From: an uncultured Rhodobacteraceae bacterium
GTDB taxonomy: Bacteria > Pseudomonadota > Alphaproteobacteria > Rhodobacterales > Rhodobacteraceae
DNA length: 64,000 nt
Assembly (NCBI GenBank): GCA_937931795.1
Contig: CALHAP010000068.1
Location: forward strand, 1,169 to 65,168
Direction: 5' to 3'
Of this stretch, positions 55,918 to 64,000 are shown piece after piece; the first letter of the stretch is position 1, and each line of letters begins with the position of its first letter. Position numbers and translations under genes: made by a program. The notes under the pieces are model-generated. The model was given only the letters and a program-made list of their open reading frames with translations, had not been told where the DNA came from and made no database searches.

Positions 55918-57459
55918 GATGACACGCCAGAATCAAACGCCACCTCTGCCATCGTGATAGGTGCCGGATTGGGCGGTTTGGCTTCGGCCATGCGGTTGGG
56001 GGCCAAGGGCTACCAAGTGACCGTGTTGGACCGCCTCGACCGTGCCGGCGGGCGTGGCTCGTCGATCACCAAGGGTGGGCATAGGTTTGATCTGGGCCCC
56101 ACGATTGTCACCGTGCCGCAGGTCTATGAAGAACTGTGGGAGGCCTGCGGGCGCGATTTCCATGCCGATGTGACCCTCAAGCCGCTGGATCCGTTCTATG
56201 AGATCCGCTGGGGCGATGGGTCGGTGTTTCGCGCCAATGGCGATACCGATCATATGGTCAAAGAGGTCACGCGGTTTAACCCCGCCGATGTCACGGGCTA
56301 CCTCAAGTTTCTGGACGACAGCCAAAAGCGGTATGTCGTGGGCTTTGAGGGGATGTTGACCAAGCCGATGCACCGGATTTGGGAGACGATCAAGGTGCTG
56401 CCGCAGTTTGCGATGCTGCGCGCGGATCGTTCGATTCTGGGCCTTGCAAGGACACGGGTTAAGGATGAGCGCCTGCGCATGGCGCTGTCGTTTCACCCGC
56501 TGTTTATCGGCGGTGATCCGATGCATGTGACCAGCATTTATGCGCTGGTGGGCTACCTCGAAAAGGAATTTGGCGTCCATTATGCGATGGGCGGTGTGCA
56601 GGCGATTGCCGATGCGATGGTGCGCGTGATCCAGGCGCAGGGCGGCACCGTGCGTCAGGGCGCGCAGGTCGATGAAATCACGGTCGAGAATGGCAAAGCG
56701 GCGGGCGTGAAGCTGGCTGATGGGCAGGCCTTGCAGGCCCCCGTGGTCGTCAGCAACGCCGATCCCGGTCACACCTATGATCACCTGCTGCGCAACCATA
56801 AGAAGCGTCGCTGGACTGCGCCGAAACTGCGCAAGTCACGTTGGTCGATGGGCCTGTTTGTTTGGTATTTCGGGACCAAAGGGACCAAGGGCAAATGGTC
56901 TGATGTGGGGCATCACACGATCCTGAGCGGGCCACGGTATGAGGGACTGCTGCGCGATATTTTCATCAAAGGGCATCTGTCTGACGACATGAGCCTCTAT
57001 CTGCACCGCCCCTCGCTGACCGATCCTGATGTTGCCCCTGCGGGCGATGATACGTGGTATGCGCTGTCGCCTGTGCCGCATCTGGGGCATAAAAACCCCG
57101 TTGATTGGGCGGCTGAGCGGGATGCCTATCGCGATAAGGTGGCCGCTGTTTTGGAGCAGACGATTCCCGGTTTCGAGGCGCATCTGTCCGAGGAGGTGAT
57201 CTTTACCCCCGAAGATTTCCGCGACCGCTATCTGTCGCCAAACGGGTCGGGCTTTTCCATCGAGCCGCGTATCCTGCAAAGTGCGTATTTCCGTCCCCAC
57301 AACGTCAGCGAAGAGCTGCCTGGTCTCTATCTGGCCGGTGCTGGTACCCATCCCGGCGCAGGTGTGCCAGGTGTCGTGTCGAGCGCGCAGGTGCTGGCGC
57401 AGATGGTGCCCGACGCGCCGCAAAGTGCCCCTTCAACCCATAGATTGGCCGCCGAATGA
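55909..57459 (+). CDS. crtI: Phytoene desaturase
   Basis: 516 aa with FAD motif AIVIGAGLGGLASA and C-terminal LYLAGAGTHPGAGVPGV. Lies upstream of crtB. Confidence 0.9.
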   Translation: MLTDDTPESNATSAIVIGAGLGGLASAMRLGAKGYQVTVLDRLDRAGGRGSSITKGGHRFDLGPTIVTVPQVYEELWEACGRDFHADVTLKPLDPFYEIRWGDGSVFRANGDTDHMVKEVTRFNPADVTGYLKFLDDSQKRYVVGFEGMLTKPMHRIWETIKVLPQFAMLRADRSILGLARTRVKDERLRMALSFHPLFIGGDPMHVTSIYALVGYLEKEFGVHYAMGGVQAIADAMVRVIQAQGGTVRQGAQVDEITVENGKAAGVKLADGQALQAPVVVSNADPGHTYDHLLRNHKKRRWTAPKLRKSRWSMGLFVWYFGTKGTKGKWSDVGHHTILSGPRYEGLLRDIFIKGHLSDDMSLYLHRPSLTDPDVAPAGDDTWYALSPVPHLGHKNPVDWAAERDAYRDKVAAVLEQTIPGFEAHLSEEVIFTPEDFRDRYLSPNGSGFSIEPRILQSAYFRPHNVSEELPGLYLAGAGTHPGAGVPGVVSSAQVLAQMVPDAPQSAPSTHRLAAE

Positions 57460-58478
57460 TCCGATCCGATGACCTAGACCATTGCCGCGAGGCGATCCGC
57501 ACGGGGTCGCTGTCGTTCTTTGCCGCCTCCAAGCTGCTGCCCGCGTCGGTCCGCGATCCGGCACTGGTGCTCTACGCGTTTTGCCGGTTGGCCGACGACG
57601 AGGTGGACGAGGGCGATCACAAGGCCGAAGCGGTGCTGTCCCTGCGCGACCGTCTCGATCTGGCCTATGCGGGCACGCCGCGCAATGCGCCCGAGGACCG
57701 TGCCTTTGCCGCGATCATCGAGGAATTCGACATGCCCCGCGCGCTGCCTGAAGCCTTGCTGGAAGGGCTGGCATGGGACGCCCAAGGGCGCACCTATAAC
57801 GATCTGTCGGGCCTGCGCGATTATTCGGCCCGCGTGGCCAGTGCTGTGGGTGCTATGATGTGCGTGTTGATGCGGGTGCGCGACGCCGATGCGCTGGCGC
57901 GCGCCTGTGATCTGGGTGTGGCAATGCAATTGACCAATATCGCCCGTGATGTGGGCGAGGATGCGCGCGCGGGGCGTATATACCTGCCGATGACCTGGAT
58001 GGCCGAGGCGCAGATTGAGCCTGCGAATTTTCTGCATGACCCGCTGCCCACCGATGAGGTCCGCCGTATGGTCGCGCGTCTGTTGTCGGAAGCCGACCGC
58101 CTTTATGCGCGGTCCGAGGCCGGAATTGGCGCGCTGCCGGTGAAGGCGCGAATGGGCATTTGGGCCGCGCGGTTGATCTATGCGGGCATTGGCAAACAAG
58201 TGCGCCGTCAAGGCCATGACAGCGTGTCGATGCGCGCGCATACGTCCAAGGCACAAAAGATCGGCTGGATGGCGCAGGCCAGCGCGCGGGCCGCGACCTC
58301 GATTGTCATGCCGCAACCGGCGGTGATATACGCGCCGCCGCTGCCCGAAGTTGCGTTCCTCGTGGATGCGACGGCCTCGGGGCCACGGGTATTCTCGCGC
58401 ACGGGAGCGATGCTAGATGTGTTGGCTGACCTAAGCGCGCAGCGCAATGACATTGGCCCCACCGGGCAGGGGGCGTGA
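57456..58478 (+). CDS. crtB: Phytoene synthase
   Basis: 340 aa squalene/phytoene synthase with YAFCRLADDEVDE and LTNIARDVGEDA motifs. ATGA overlap with crtI. Confidence 0.9.
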   Translation: MIRSDDLDHCREAIRTGSLSFFAASKLLPASVRDPALVLYAFCRLADDEVDEGDHKAEAVLSLRDRLDLAYAGTPRNAPEDRAFAAIIEEFDMPRALPEALLEGLAWDAQGRTYNDLSGLRDYSARVASAVGAMMCVLMRVRDADALARACDLGVAMQLTNIARDVGEDARAGRIYLPMTWMAEAQIEPANFLHDPLPTDEVRRMVARLLSEADRLYARSEAGIGALPVKARMGIWAARLIYAGIGKQVRRQGHDSVSMRAHTSKAQKIGWMAQASARAATSIVMPQPAVIYAPPLPEVAFLVDATASGPRVFSRTGAMLDVLADLSAQRNDIGPTGQGA

Positions 58479-58503
58479 CGCCCATGATTTCGAGGGGCTA
58501 CTG

Positions 58504-58983
58504 ATGGATATCCTGTTGTTTTTGCTGTTCTTAGCCGCTTGCTGCGGCGCTGCGGCGACGGGTGCGATGTTTCCGCCCGGCCCGTGGTACAGAGGCCTGA
58601 ACAAGCCCGCGTGGACCCCGCCTGATTGGGTGTTTCCCGTCGCGTGGACCTCGATCTACCTGCTGATCGCCTTTGCTGGCGCGCGGGTCGCGGTGCTGGA
58701 CGGCAACGCCTATGCGATGGTGTTCTGGTCGATCCAGATCGCGTTTAACACGCTGTGGACCCCGGTGTTTTTCGGCCTGCGGGGCCTGCGCAAAGCCCTG
58801 CCGATCATGGCCGCCCTTTGGGTCGCGGTGCTCGGGGCCACAATCACGCATTGGCAGCTCGACACTTGGGCCGGCCTCGCGTTTGTGCCCTATCTGGCGT
58901 GGGTAACGGTGGCGGCCGCGCTGAACCTGTCTGTGGCGCGGTTGAACCCGGATCAAGAGGCGTTGGATCTGTCACAGGGCTGA
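58504..58983 (+). CDS. tspO: Tryptophan-rich sensory protein TspO (CrtK)
   Basis: About 159 aa, 5 TM, WYRGLNKPAWTPPDWVFPVAWTSIYLL. Position after crtB as in Rhodobacter. Confidence 0.85.
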   Translation: MDILLFLLFLAACCGAAATGAMFPPGPWYRGLNKPAWTPPDWVFPVAWTSIYLLIAFAGARVAVLDGNAYAMVFWSIQIAFNTLWTPVFFGLRGLRKALPIMAALWVAVLGATITHWQLDTWAGLAFVPYLAWVTVAAALNLSVARLNPDQEALDLSQG

Positions 58984-59086
58984 CGGCTGATTGCTGCGTG
59001 TTTTGAATGCATCGAAACCGGGTCCTTGTGTTCAACCCACGCGCGGCCCAAGCTATCTCCCGATCCATAGATAGAAAGGCGCTCTG

Positions 59087-59530
59087 ATGTCGGATGATGC
59101 GAAGCCTAATCCATTTACTGGCCCGCAGATGTTGGGTGCTCATTTTGAACGGGCGGATATGACCGGCGCGCATTTCGACGGTGTTAACCTAACGGGTGCA
59201 AAGTTTTTCGCCGTTTTGACGCAGGCGGTTTTCACCGATACCAATCTGAGCCAAGCCAAGTTCGATGACGTCAATCTGGCGCAATCCCGCTTCAACAACG
59301 TCAATCTGTCGCAGTCTGGTGTCACCTACGCCAACCTGTCCGAGATGACGTTTGAAGACCTGAACCTGACCAAGGCGTCCTATACCAATGTCGATCTGTC
59401 TGAGACGACATTCCAGAATGTTAATTTGGCCGATGCCCAGATCACCGATGCCAATCTGACGGGGATGCGGATTAATGGCGTATTGGTCAGCGATTTGTTT
59501 GACGCCTATGACAATCAAAAGAGCAGCTGA
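59087..59530 (+). CDS. Pentapeptide-repeat protein
   Basis: 147 aa, almost entirely A(D/N)LxX-type repeats (ADMTGAHFDGVNLTGAKF...NVNLSQS...NVDLSET...NVNLADA). Confidence 0.8.
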   Translation: MSDDAKPNPFTGPQMLGAHFERADMTGAHFDGVNLTGAKFFAVLTQAVFTDTNLSQAKFDDVNLAQSRFNNVNLSQSGVTYANLSEMTFEDLNLTKASYTNVDLSETTFQNVNLADAQITDANLTGMRINGVLVSDLFDAYDNQKSS

Positions 59531-59619
59531 TCTGTAACGGAATAATCGTCGCCGTGAAATATGCGCGGCGGTTGACCGACCAAGGCCCCCTTGCACCCCC
59601 GTCCCATTCGGCTATGTTT

Positions 59620-59715
59620 AGACGTACCTCGGGGTGCTCAATCATGGGCTGAGACGCAGATGCGGACCCGTAGAACCTGAACCGGCTAACACCGGCGGAG
59701 GGAAGGTTGCGGGAA
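59620..59715 (+). promoter_or_regulatory. TPP (THI-box) riboswitch
   Basis: CGGGGTGC...GGCTGAGA...ACCCG..GAACCTGAaCCGGcTAAcACCGGCGgAGGGAA matches the THI-box core. Lies upstream of thiB. TCCTC (59718-59722) can pair with the thiB SD GAGGA (59749-59753). Confidence 0.85.
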
Positions 59716-59759
59716 AATCCTCGTGCCCCACTCCGTCCGGCACATGAAGAGGACACACC

Positions 59760-60746
59760 ATGAAGACCCTTACCCATGTTGCAGGACTGTTGATCGCCAC
59801 CGCCATCCCGGCTGTCGCGCAAGACGTTCCTGTGCTCACCGTCTATACCTACGACAGCTTTGTCACCGACTGGGGGCCCGGCCCCGCGATTGAGGCCGCA
59901 TTCGAAGAGGTCTGCGCCTGCGATCTACAGTTTTCCGGCAATGGCGACGGGGCGGCCCTGCTCGCGCGGTTGCAGTTGGAGGGGCCACGTTCGGACGCGG
60001 ATGTGATGCTGGGGATCGACACCAATCTGATCGTCGCCGCTCGTGAGACCGGCGTGTTCGCCGACCATGGGTTGAGCGTAGATCTGGACCTGCCCGTTGC
60101 GTGGGATGACCCGATGTTTGTGCCCTATGACTACGGCTACTTTGCCTTTGTCGGGAACGCTGGCGATGCCACTCCGGCCAATTTCGAAGAGCTGGCCGCG
60201 AGTGATCTCAAGATCGTCATCCAAGACCCCCGTTCCTCCACCCCCGGCCTCGGCCTGTTGATGTGGGTCGAGGCGGCCTACGGGGAACGCTCGGGCGAGA
60301 TTTGGGAAGGCTTGGCCGACAATATCGTCACCGTCACGCCCGGCTGGTCCGAGGCCTATGGGCTATTCCTCGATGGCGAAGCGGACCTTGTGTTGTCCTA
60401 CACAACCTCCGAATCCTATCACCTGATCGCGGAAGACGACGCGACCAAACAGACGCTGGTGTTCGACGAAGGTCATGCGATGCAGATCGAGGTCGCGGCC
60501 AAGATCGCGACGACCGATCAGCCCGAGTTGGCTGATGAGTTTCTGGCGTTCATGCTGACATCTGGGTTTCAGGATGTGATCCCGACGACCAACTGGATGT
60601 TTCCCGCCGTGACACCCGAGGGTGGTTTGCCTGACGGGTTTGCGGATCCGAATGCTATTGGGCAGGCGCTCTATCTGACCCCGGACGCTGCTGCGGCGGC
60701 GCGTGATGAGGCGATCGCGGGATGGCGCGCCGCGCTGTCGCAATAG
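59760..60746 (+). CDS. thiB: Thiamine ABC transporter substrate-binding protein
   Basis: 328 aa with a signal peptide and LTVYTYDSFVTDWGPGP typical of ThiB/TbpA. Follows the TPP riboswitch. Confidence 0.8.
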   Translation: MKTLTHVAGLLIATAIPAVAQDVPVLTVYTYDSFVTDWGPGPAIEAAFEEVCACDLQFSGNGDGAALLARLQLEGPRSDADVMLGIDTNLIVAARETGVFADHGLSVDLDLPVAWDDPMFVPYDYGYFAFVGNAGDATPANFEELAASDLKIVIQDPRSSTPGLGLLMWVEAAYGERSGEIWEGLADNIVTVTPGWSEAYGLFLDGEADLVLSYTTSESYHLIAEDDATKQTLVFDEGHAMQIEVAAKIATTDQPELADEFLAFMLTSGFQDVIPTTNWMFPAVTPEGGLPDGFADPNAIGQALYLTPDAAAAARDEAIAGWRAALSQ

Positions 60747-62257
60747 CCCTCGAGCCCCGCTGGCCCGGCGCTGTTGCTGCCGGGCTGGTCGTGTTTTTGA
60801 CGCTGGGCACCGTGGTGGCCGTAGGCTGGCGCGGGGGGCGAGAATTGGGCGGCACCGATTGGGCCGCTGTGCGGTTCACCGTGGTCCAAGCGTTTGTATC
60901 AGCGCTGTTGTCGGTGCTGTTTGCGATTCCTGTGGCCCGCGCCCTTGCGCGGCGGCGGTTTTTCGGGCGCTCGGCGTTGATCACCATCCTCGGGGCTCCG
61001 TTCATCCTGCCTGTGATCGTGGCGATCCTCGGGCTGCTCGCCGTGTTCGGACGCAGCGGGGTGGTGAATGTCGGGCTTGAAGTGCTCGGGCTACCCCCTG
61101 TCTCGATCTACGGGTTTCAGGGCGTCGTGTTGGCGCATGTGTTTTTCAACCTGCCACTGGCGACGCGGTTGATCCTGCAAGGCTGGCTCGCGATCCCGGC
61201 AGAGCGGTTTCGACTGGCAGCCAGCCTCGGGGCGCCGGTTCGACGCGTGCTGGAATGGCCGATGCTGCGCGCGCAGGTGCCGGGGATATTCGTCACGATC
61301 TTTTTGATCTGTCTGACCAGTTTCGCGGTGGCGCTAACGCTGGGCGGGGGGCCGCGTTCGACGACCGTCGAGCTGGCCATATACCAAGCATTGCGGTTCG
61401 ATTTCGACCTCGCTGCCGCGGCGAATTTGGCGGTGATTCAGTTCGTGCTCTGCGGATTGGCGGCCTGCCTCGCGTGGTGGGTCGCGGTCACTCACGCGTT
61501 GGGGGCAGGGCTGGACCGCGCTGTGCAGCGGTGGGACAGCGGCGGGATGAGCCGTGTCTGGGATGCGGTCTGGATCACGCTGGCCGCTGCGTTTTTGATG
61601 GTGCCGCTGGTGATGATCGTCTGGCGCGGCGTGGGGGGATTGGCCGAGATGCCCACGACCGTCTGGGTGGCGGCGGGGCGGTCGATCTTAGTCGCCGTTC
61701 TGTCGACGCTGTTGGCCACTGGCATGGCGCTGATGCTGGCGTTGCGTGGCGGGTTCTGGGCGGGCGCGGGGGCCGCTTTGCCGCTGGCTGCGTCCAGTCT
61801 TGTGATGGGGACGGGGTTGTTCTTGATCGTGTTTCCCTATGCGCGCCCGTCAGATTTGGCGCTGATTGTCACGGCGCTCGTCAATGCGGTGATGAGCTTG
61901 CCGTTTGCTCTGCGTGCGCTGATCCCCGCAGCCAACAGCTTGCGCGAGGACTATGGGCGGTTGTCGCGGGGCCTCGGGCTGACGGGCTGGGCCTATGTGC
62001 GGATCGTGGCGGTGCCGCGGTTGCGCAGGCCGCTGGGGTTTGCGGCAGGGCTGGCGGCAGCCCTCAGCATGGGCGATCTGGGCGTGATCACGTTGTTCGC
62101 CGCCGATGCGCAAGAGACGCTGCCGCTGGCGATGTACCGTTTGATGGGCAGCTACCGGATGGACGCAGCGGCGGGGGCGGCGCTGATTTTGGTCGCGATC
62201 TCGCTGGCGTTGTTCTGGATTTTTGACAGAGGGGGGCGGCTGGGTGCTGACGCTTGA
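60722..62257 (+). CDS. thiP: Thiamine ABC transporter permease (two fused permease domains); start approximate
   Basis: 511 aa, about 12 TM with a duplicated ABC permease core. Lies between thiB and thiQ. Confidence 0.75.
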   Translation: MARRAVAIALEPRWPGAVAAGLVVFLTLGTVVAVGWRGGRELGGTDWAAVRFTVVQAFVSALLSVLFAIPVARALARRRFFGRSALITILGAPFILPVIVAILGLLAVFGRSGVVNVGLEVLGLPPVSIYGFQGVVLAHVFFNLPLATRLILQGWLAIPAERFRLAASLGAPVRRVLEWPMLRAQVPGIFVTIFLICLTSFAVALTLGGGPRSTTVELAIYQALRFDFDLAAAANLAVIQFVLCGLAACLAWWVAVTHALGAGLDRAVQRWDSGGMSRVWDAVWITLAAAFLMVPLVMIVWRGVGGLAEMPTTVWVAAGRSILVAVLSTLLATGMALMLALRGGFWAGAGAALPLAASSLVMGTGLFLIVFPYARPSDLALIVTALVNAVMSLPFALRALIPAANSLREDYGRLSRGLGLTGWAYVRIVAVPRLRRPLGFAAGLAAALSMGDLGVITLFAADAQETLPLAMYRLMGSYRMDAAAGAALILVAISLALFWIFDRGGRLGADA

Positions 62258-62945
62258 AGGGCTGGAATTGGCCGCGGGAGAGTTTCGGCTGCGGGCCGAT
62301 TGGGCATTGGGCGTCGCGCCCGTGACGGCTGTGATCGGGCCGTCGGGCGGTGGCAAGTCGACGTTGCTGTCGGCCATCGCAGGGTTTCTGCCGCCGCAGT
62401 CGGGGCGCATTTTGTGGGGTGCGCACGACGTGACACAGGCCGCCCCCGCCGCGCGTCCTGTCAGTATGTTGTTTCAGGACAATAACCTGTTTCCGCATCT
62501 GACCGCCGCACAAAACGTAGGTCTTGGGGTGCGGCCGACCCTGCGGCTGATGGCGGGTGAGGTTGAAAAAGTGACAGAGGCGTTGCGCGTTGTGGGCCTT
62601 GCCGATTTGCAATCTCGCAAGCCCGGCGCGCTGTCAGGCGGGCAACAAAGCCGCGTGGCGCTGGCACGGGTGCTGGTGGCAGATCGCCCGTTGGTGTTGA
62701 TGGACGAGCCTTTTTCAGCGCTTGGCCCCGGTTTGCGCCACGAGATGTTGGATTTAGCGCAATCAGTTTTGGCGGGCAGCGGGCGTGAATTGATGATGGT
62801 CACCCATGATCCGGGCGATGCGCAGCGCGTTGCGGATCAGGTGTGTTTTGTGGATGGCGGTATCGCGCAGCCGCCTGTGGCCACGGCTGCATTTTTCGAT
62901 CAGCCGACGCAGGCTCTGCGCGATTATCTGGGGGACGGGGTCTAG
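62244..62945 (+). CDS. thiQ: Thiamine ABC transporter ATP-binding protein
   Basis: Walker A GPSGGGKST, signature LSGGQQSRV and Walker B LVLMDEP. GTG 62244 after GAGGGGGG preferred over TTG 62223. Confidence 0.8.
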   Translation: MLTLEGLELAAGEFRLRADWALGVAPVTAVIGPSGGGKSTLLSAIAGFLPPQSGRILWGAHDVTQAAPAARPVSMLFQDNNLFPHLTAAQNVGLGVRPTLRLMAGEVEKVTEALRVVGLADLQSRKPGALSGGQQSRVALARVLVADRPLVLMDEPFSALGPGLRHEMLDLAQSVLAGSGRELMMVTHDPGDAQRVADQVCFVDGGIAQPPVATAAFFDQPTQALRDYLGDGV

Positions 62946-62951
62946 CGACAT

Positions 62952-62988
62952 AAAAAAGGCGCGGTCCCGATGAGGGCCGCGCCTTTTG
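62952..62988. terminator. Bidirectional rho-independent terminator between thiQ and petC
   Basis: AAAAAAGGCGCGGtcccgatgagggCCGCGCCTTTT. A GC stem flanked by an A-run and a T-run, so it can serve both convergent operons. Confidence 0.8.
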
Positions 62989-63006
62989 AATTGTATGTCT
63001 GACGAT

Positions 63007-63879
63007 TTATTCGTCGCGACCCTTTTTGACCGGTGCCCAGAGGCGTTTGTTGGTCAGGTAGAGCAGCACGGCGAGGACCGACAGGAAGATCACGCCTGTC
63101 AGGCCCGCTTGCTTGCGTGCGTTGAGGCCCGGTTCGGCGGCCCACATCAAGAAGGCTGCGACGTCTTCAGCTTCGTGGTGCAGGTCGTTGGAGTGGCCGT
63201 CTGCAAATTCTACGTCTTCACCCCAGAGCGGTTGACCCATTGCGATCCATGTGCCGGGAACGGTGTGTTTGCCGTCCTCGTCCAAGCAGCTCTCGGGATA
63301 GCCACCGTATTCGAACGCGGTGTTGTAGTTGCCGTCCATCGGCTCGCCTTCCAGCGCGCATTCAGGCTCATCAGCGTAACCTGTCAGCAGGGAGGCGATG
63401 TATTCAGGGCCGCCCATGCCGTAGATGAACTGGTTGATCCCGAGGCCGTAGGGGCCGTGGAAACCAGCGCGGGCTTTTGCCATCAGGCTGAGGTCCGGTG
63501 CGCCTTCGACTTGGCTGCCGGGGAATTGGTCGGTGATCACCGCCGCACGGAGGTCGCCGTAGCCATCGTCAAGAGCCGGGTCAAAGACTTCGATCTGGTT
63601 GTATTCGATGTAGTCGCGCACTTCGTCGTCGGTCCAGTCTGGCCCGCCTTCATCCGCGAGATTGCGGAACGCGACGTATTCCAGACCGTGGCACTGCGAG
63701 CAAACCTCGGTGAAGATTTGCAAGCCGCGCTGCAATTGCATGCGGTCGTAGCTGCCGAACATCCCCTCAAACGAGAAATCGAAATCTTCGATGTGGGTGT
63801 CGCCAGCGGCCTGGGCGGACCCGGCGATAACGCCGAGCCCGAGTGCGGTTGATAGAGCGAGTGATTTAAGCATTGTCAT
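63007..63879 (-). CDS. petC: Cytochrome c1 of the cytochrome bc1 complex
   Basis: Signal peptide MTMLKSLALSTALGLGVIAGSAQA, haem motif CSQCHG and a C-terminal TM anchor. GAGGAA upstream of ATG 63879. Confidence 0.85.
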   Translation of the reverse strand: MTMLKSLALSTALGLGVIAGSAQAAGDTHIEDFDFSFEGMFGSYDRMQLQRGLQIFTEVCSQCHGLEYVAFRNLADEGGPDWTDDEVRDYIEYNQIEVFDPALDDGYGDLRAAVITDQFPGSQVEGAPDLSLMAKARAGFHGPYGLGINQFIYGMGGPEYIASLLTGYADEPECALEGEPMDGNYNTAFEYGGYPESCLDEDGKHTVPGTWIAMGQPLWGEDVEFADGHSNDLHHEAEDVAAFLMWAAEPGLNARKQAGLTGVIFLSVLAVLLYLTNKRLWAPVKKGRDE

Positions 63880-63890
63880 GTTCCTCTGTC

Positions 63891-64000
63891 TCACTCAGCC
63901 GGGGCGGCGGAGGACGATGTCCCGGTGCTGCCTGCGGATTTAGGGTAGTGGGCTGCGAAGTCTTCTTCGATCGTCGCAGGTGGTGTTAGCGGTTTCTCGA
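63891..64000 (-). CDS. petB: Cytochrome b of the bc1 complex, 3-prime end only (continues beyond window)
   Basis: Open frame to the window edge ending ...EKPLTPPATIEEDFAAHYPKSAGSTGTSSSAAPAE-stop. The IEEDF..HY tail resembles Rhodobacter cytochrome b. Directly upstream of petC. Confidence 0.6.
   Translation of the reverse strand, partial: EKPLTPPATIEEDFAAHYPKSAGSTGTSSSAAPAE

Overview
GC-rich alphaproteobacterial (Rhodobacter-group) chromosomal segment. Bases 14.6-59.0 kb are one contiguous photosynthesis gene cluster (PGC) of a purple non-sulfur or aerobic anoxygenic phototroph. From left to right it holds crtC-crtD (minus), crtEF-bchCXYZ-pufQBALMX (plus), a three-gene copper-chaperone module (plus), idi-bchP-pucC-like-bchG-ppsR-ppaA (minus), bchFNBHLM-lhaA-puhABC-bciE-acsF-puhE-hemA-cycA (plus), bchO-bchD-bchI-crtA (minus) and crtI-crtB-tspO (plus). 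Ten PpsR/CrtJ-type TGT-N12-ACA palindromes sit in the five regulatory gaps. The left flank (1-14.6 kb) holds ordinary metabolic and housekeeping genes: aldehyde dehydrogenase, SDR, oxoprolinase-like, kynureninase, an ECF sigma/anti-sigma pair, queG, a PQQ sugar dehydrogenase, App1-like phosphatase, a DMT transporter, aroC and a dipeptidase. The right flank holds a pentapeptide-repeat protein, a TPP riboswitch with thiBPQ, and the end of the cytochrome bc1 operon (petB partial, petC). I saw no tRNA/rRNA genes, CRISPR arrays, transposases, integrases or recognisable defence genes. I do not see a convincingly new system; the window is mostly a well-known cluster. The points most worth a second look are: a PufX-type protein in place of PufC, combined with an AcsF/BciE-only cyclase set in this window; a DUF2946-like/PCuAC/SenC copper module wedged between the puf operon and idi; a long out-of-frame crtD/crtC overlap with no canonical crtC start near its conserved N-terminus; PpsR palindromes that touch or overlap the start codons of crtI and bchG, with leaderless-like geometry; and a structured puf 3-prime UTR. 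All calls rest on reading the ORF translations, remembered family motifs and synteny. No database search was run.
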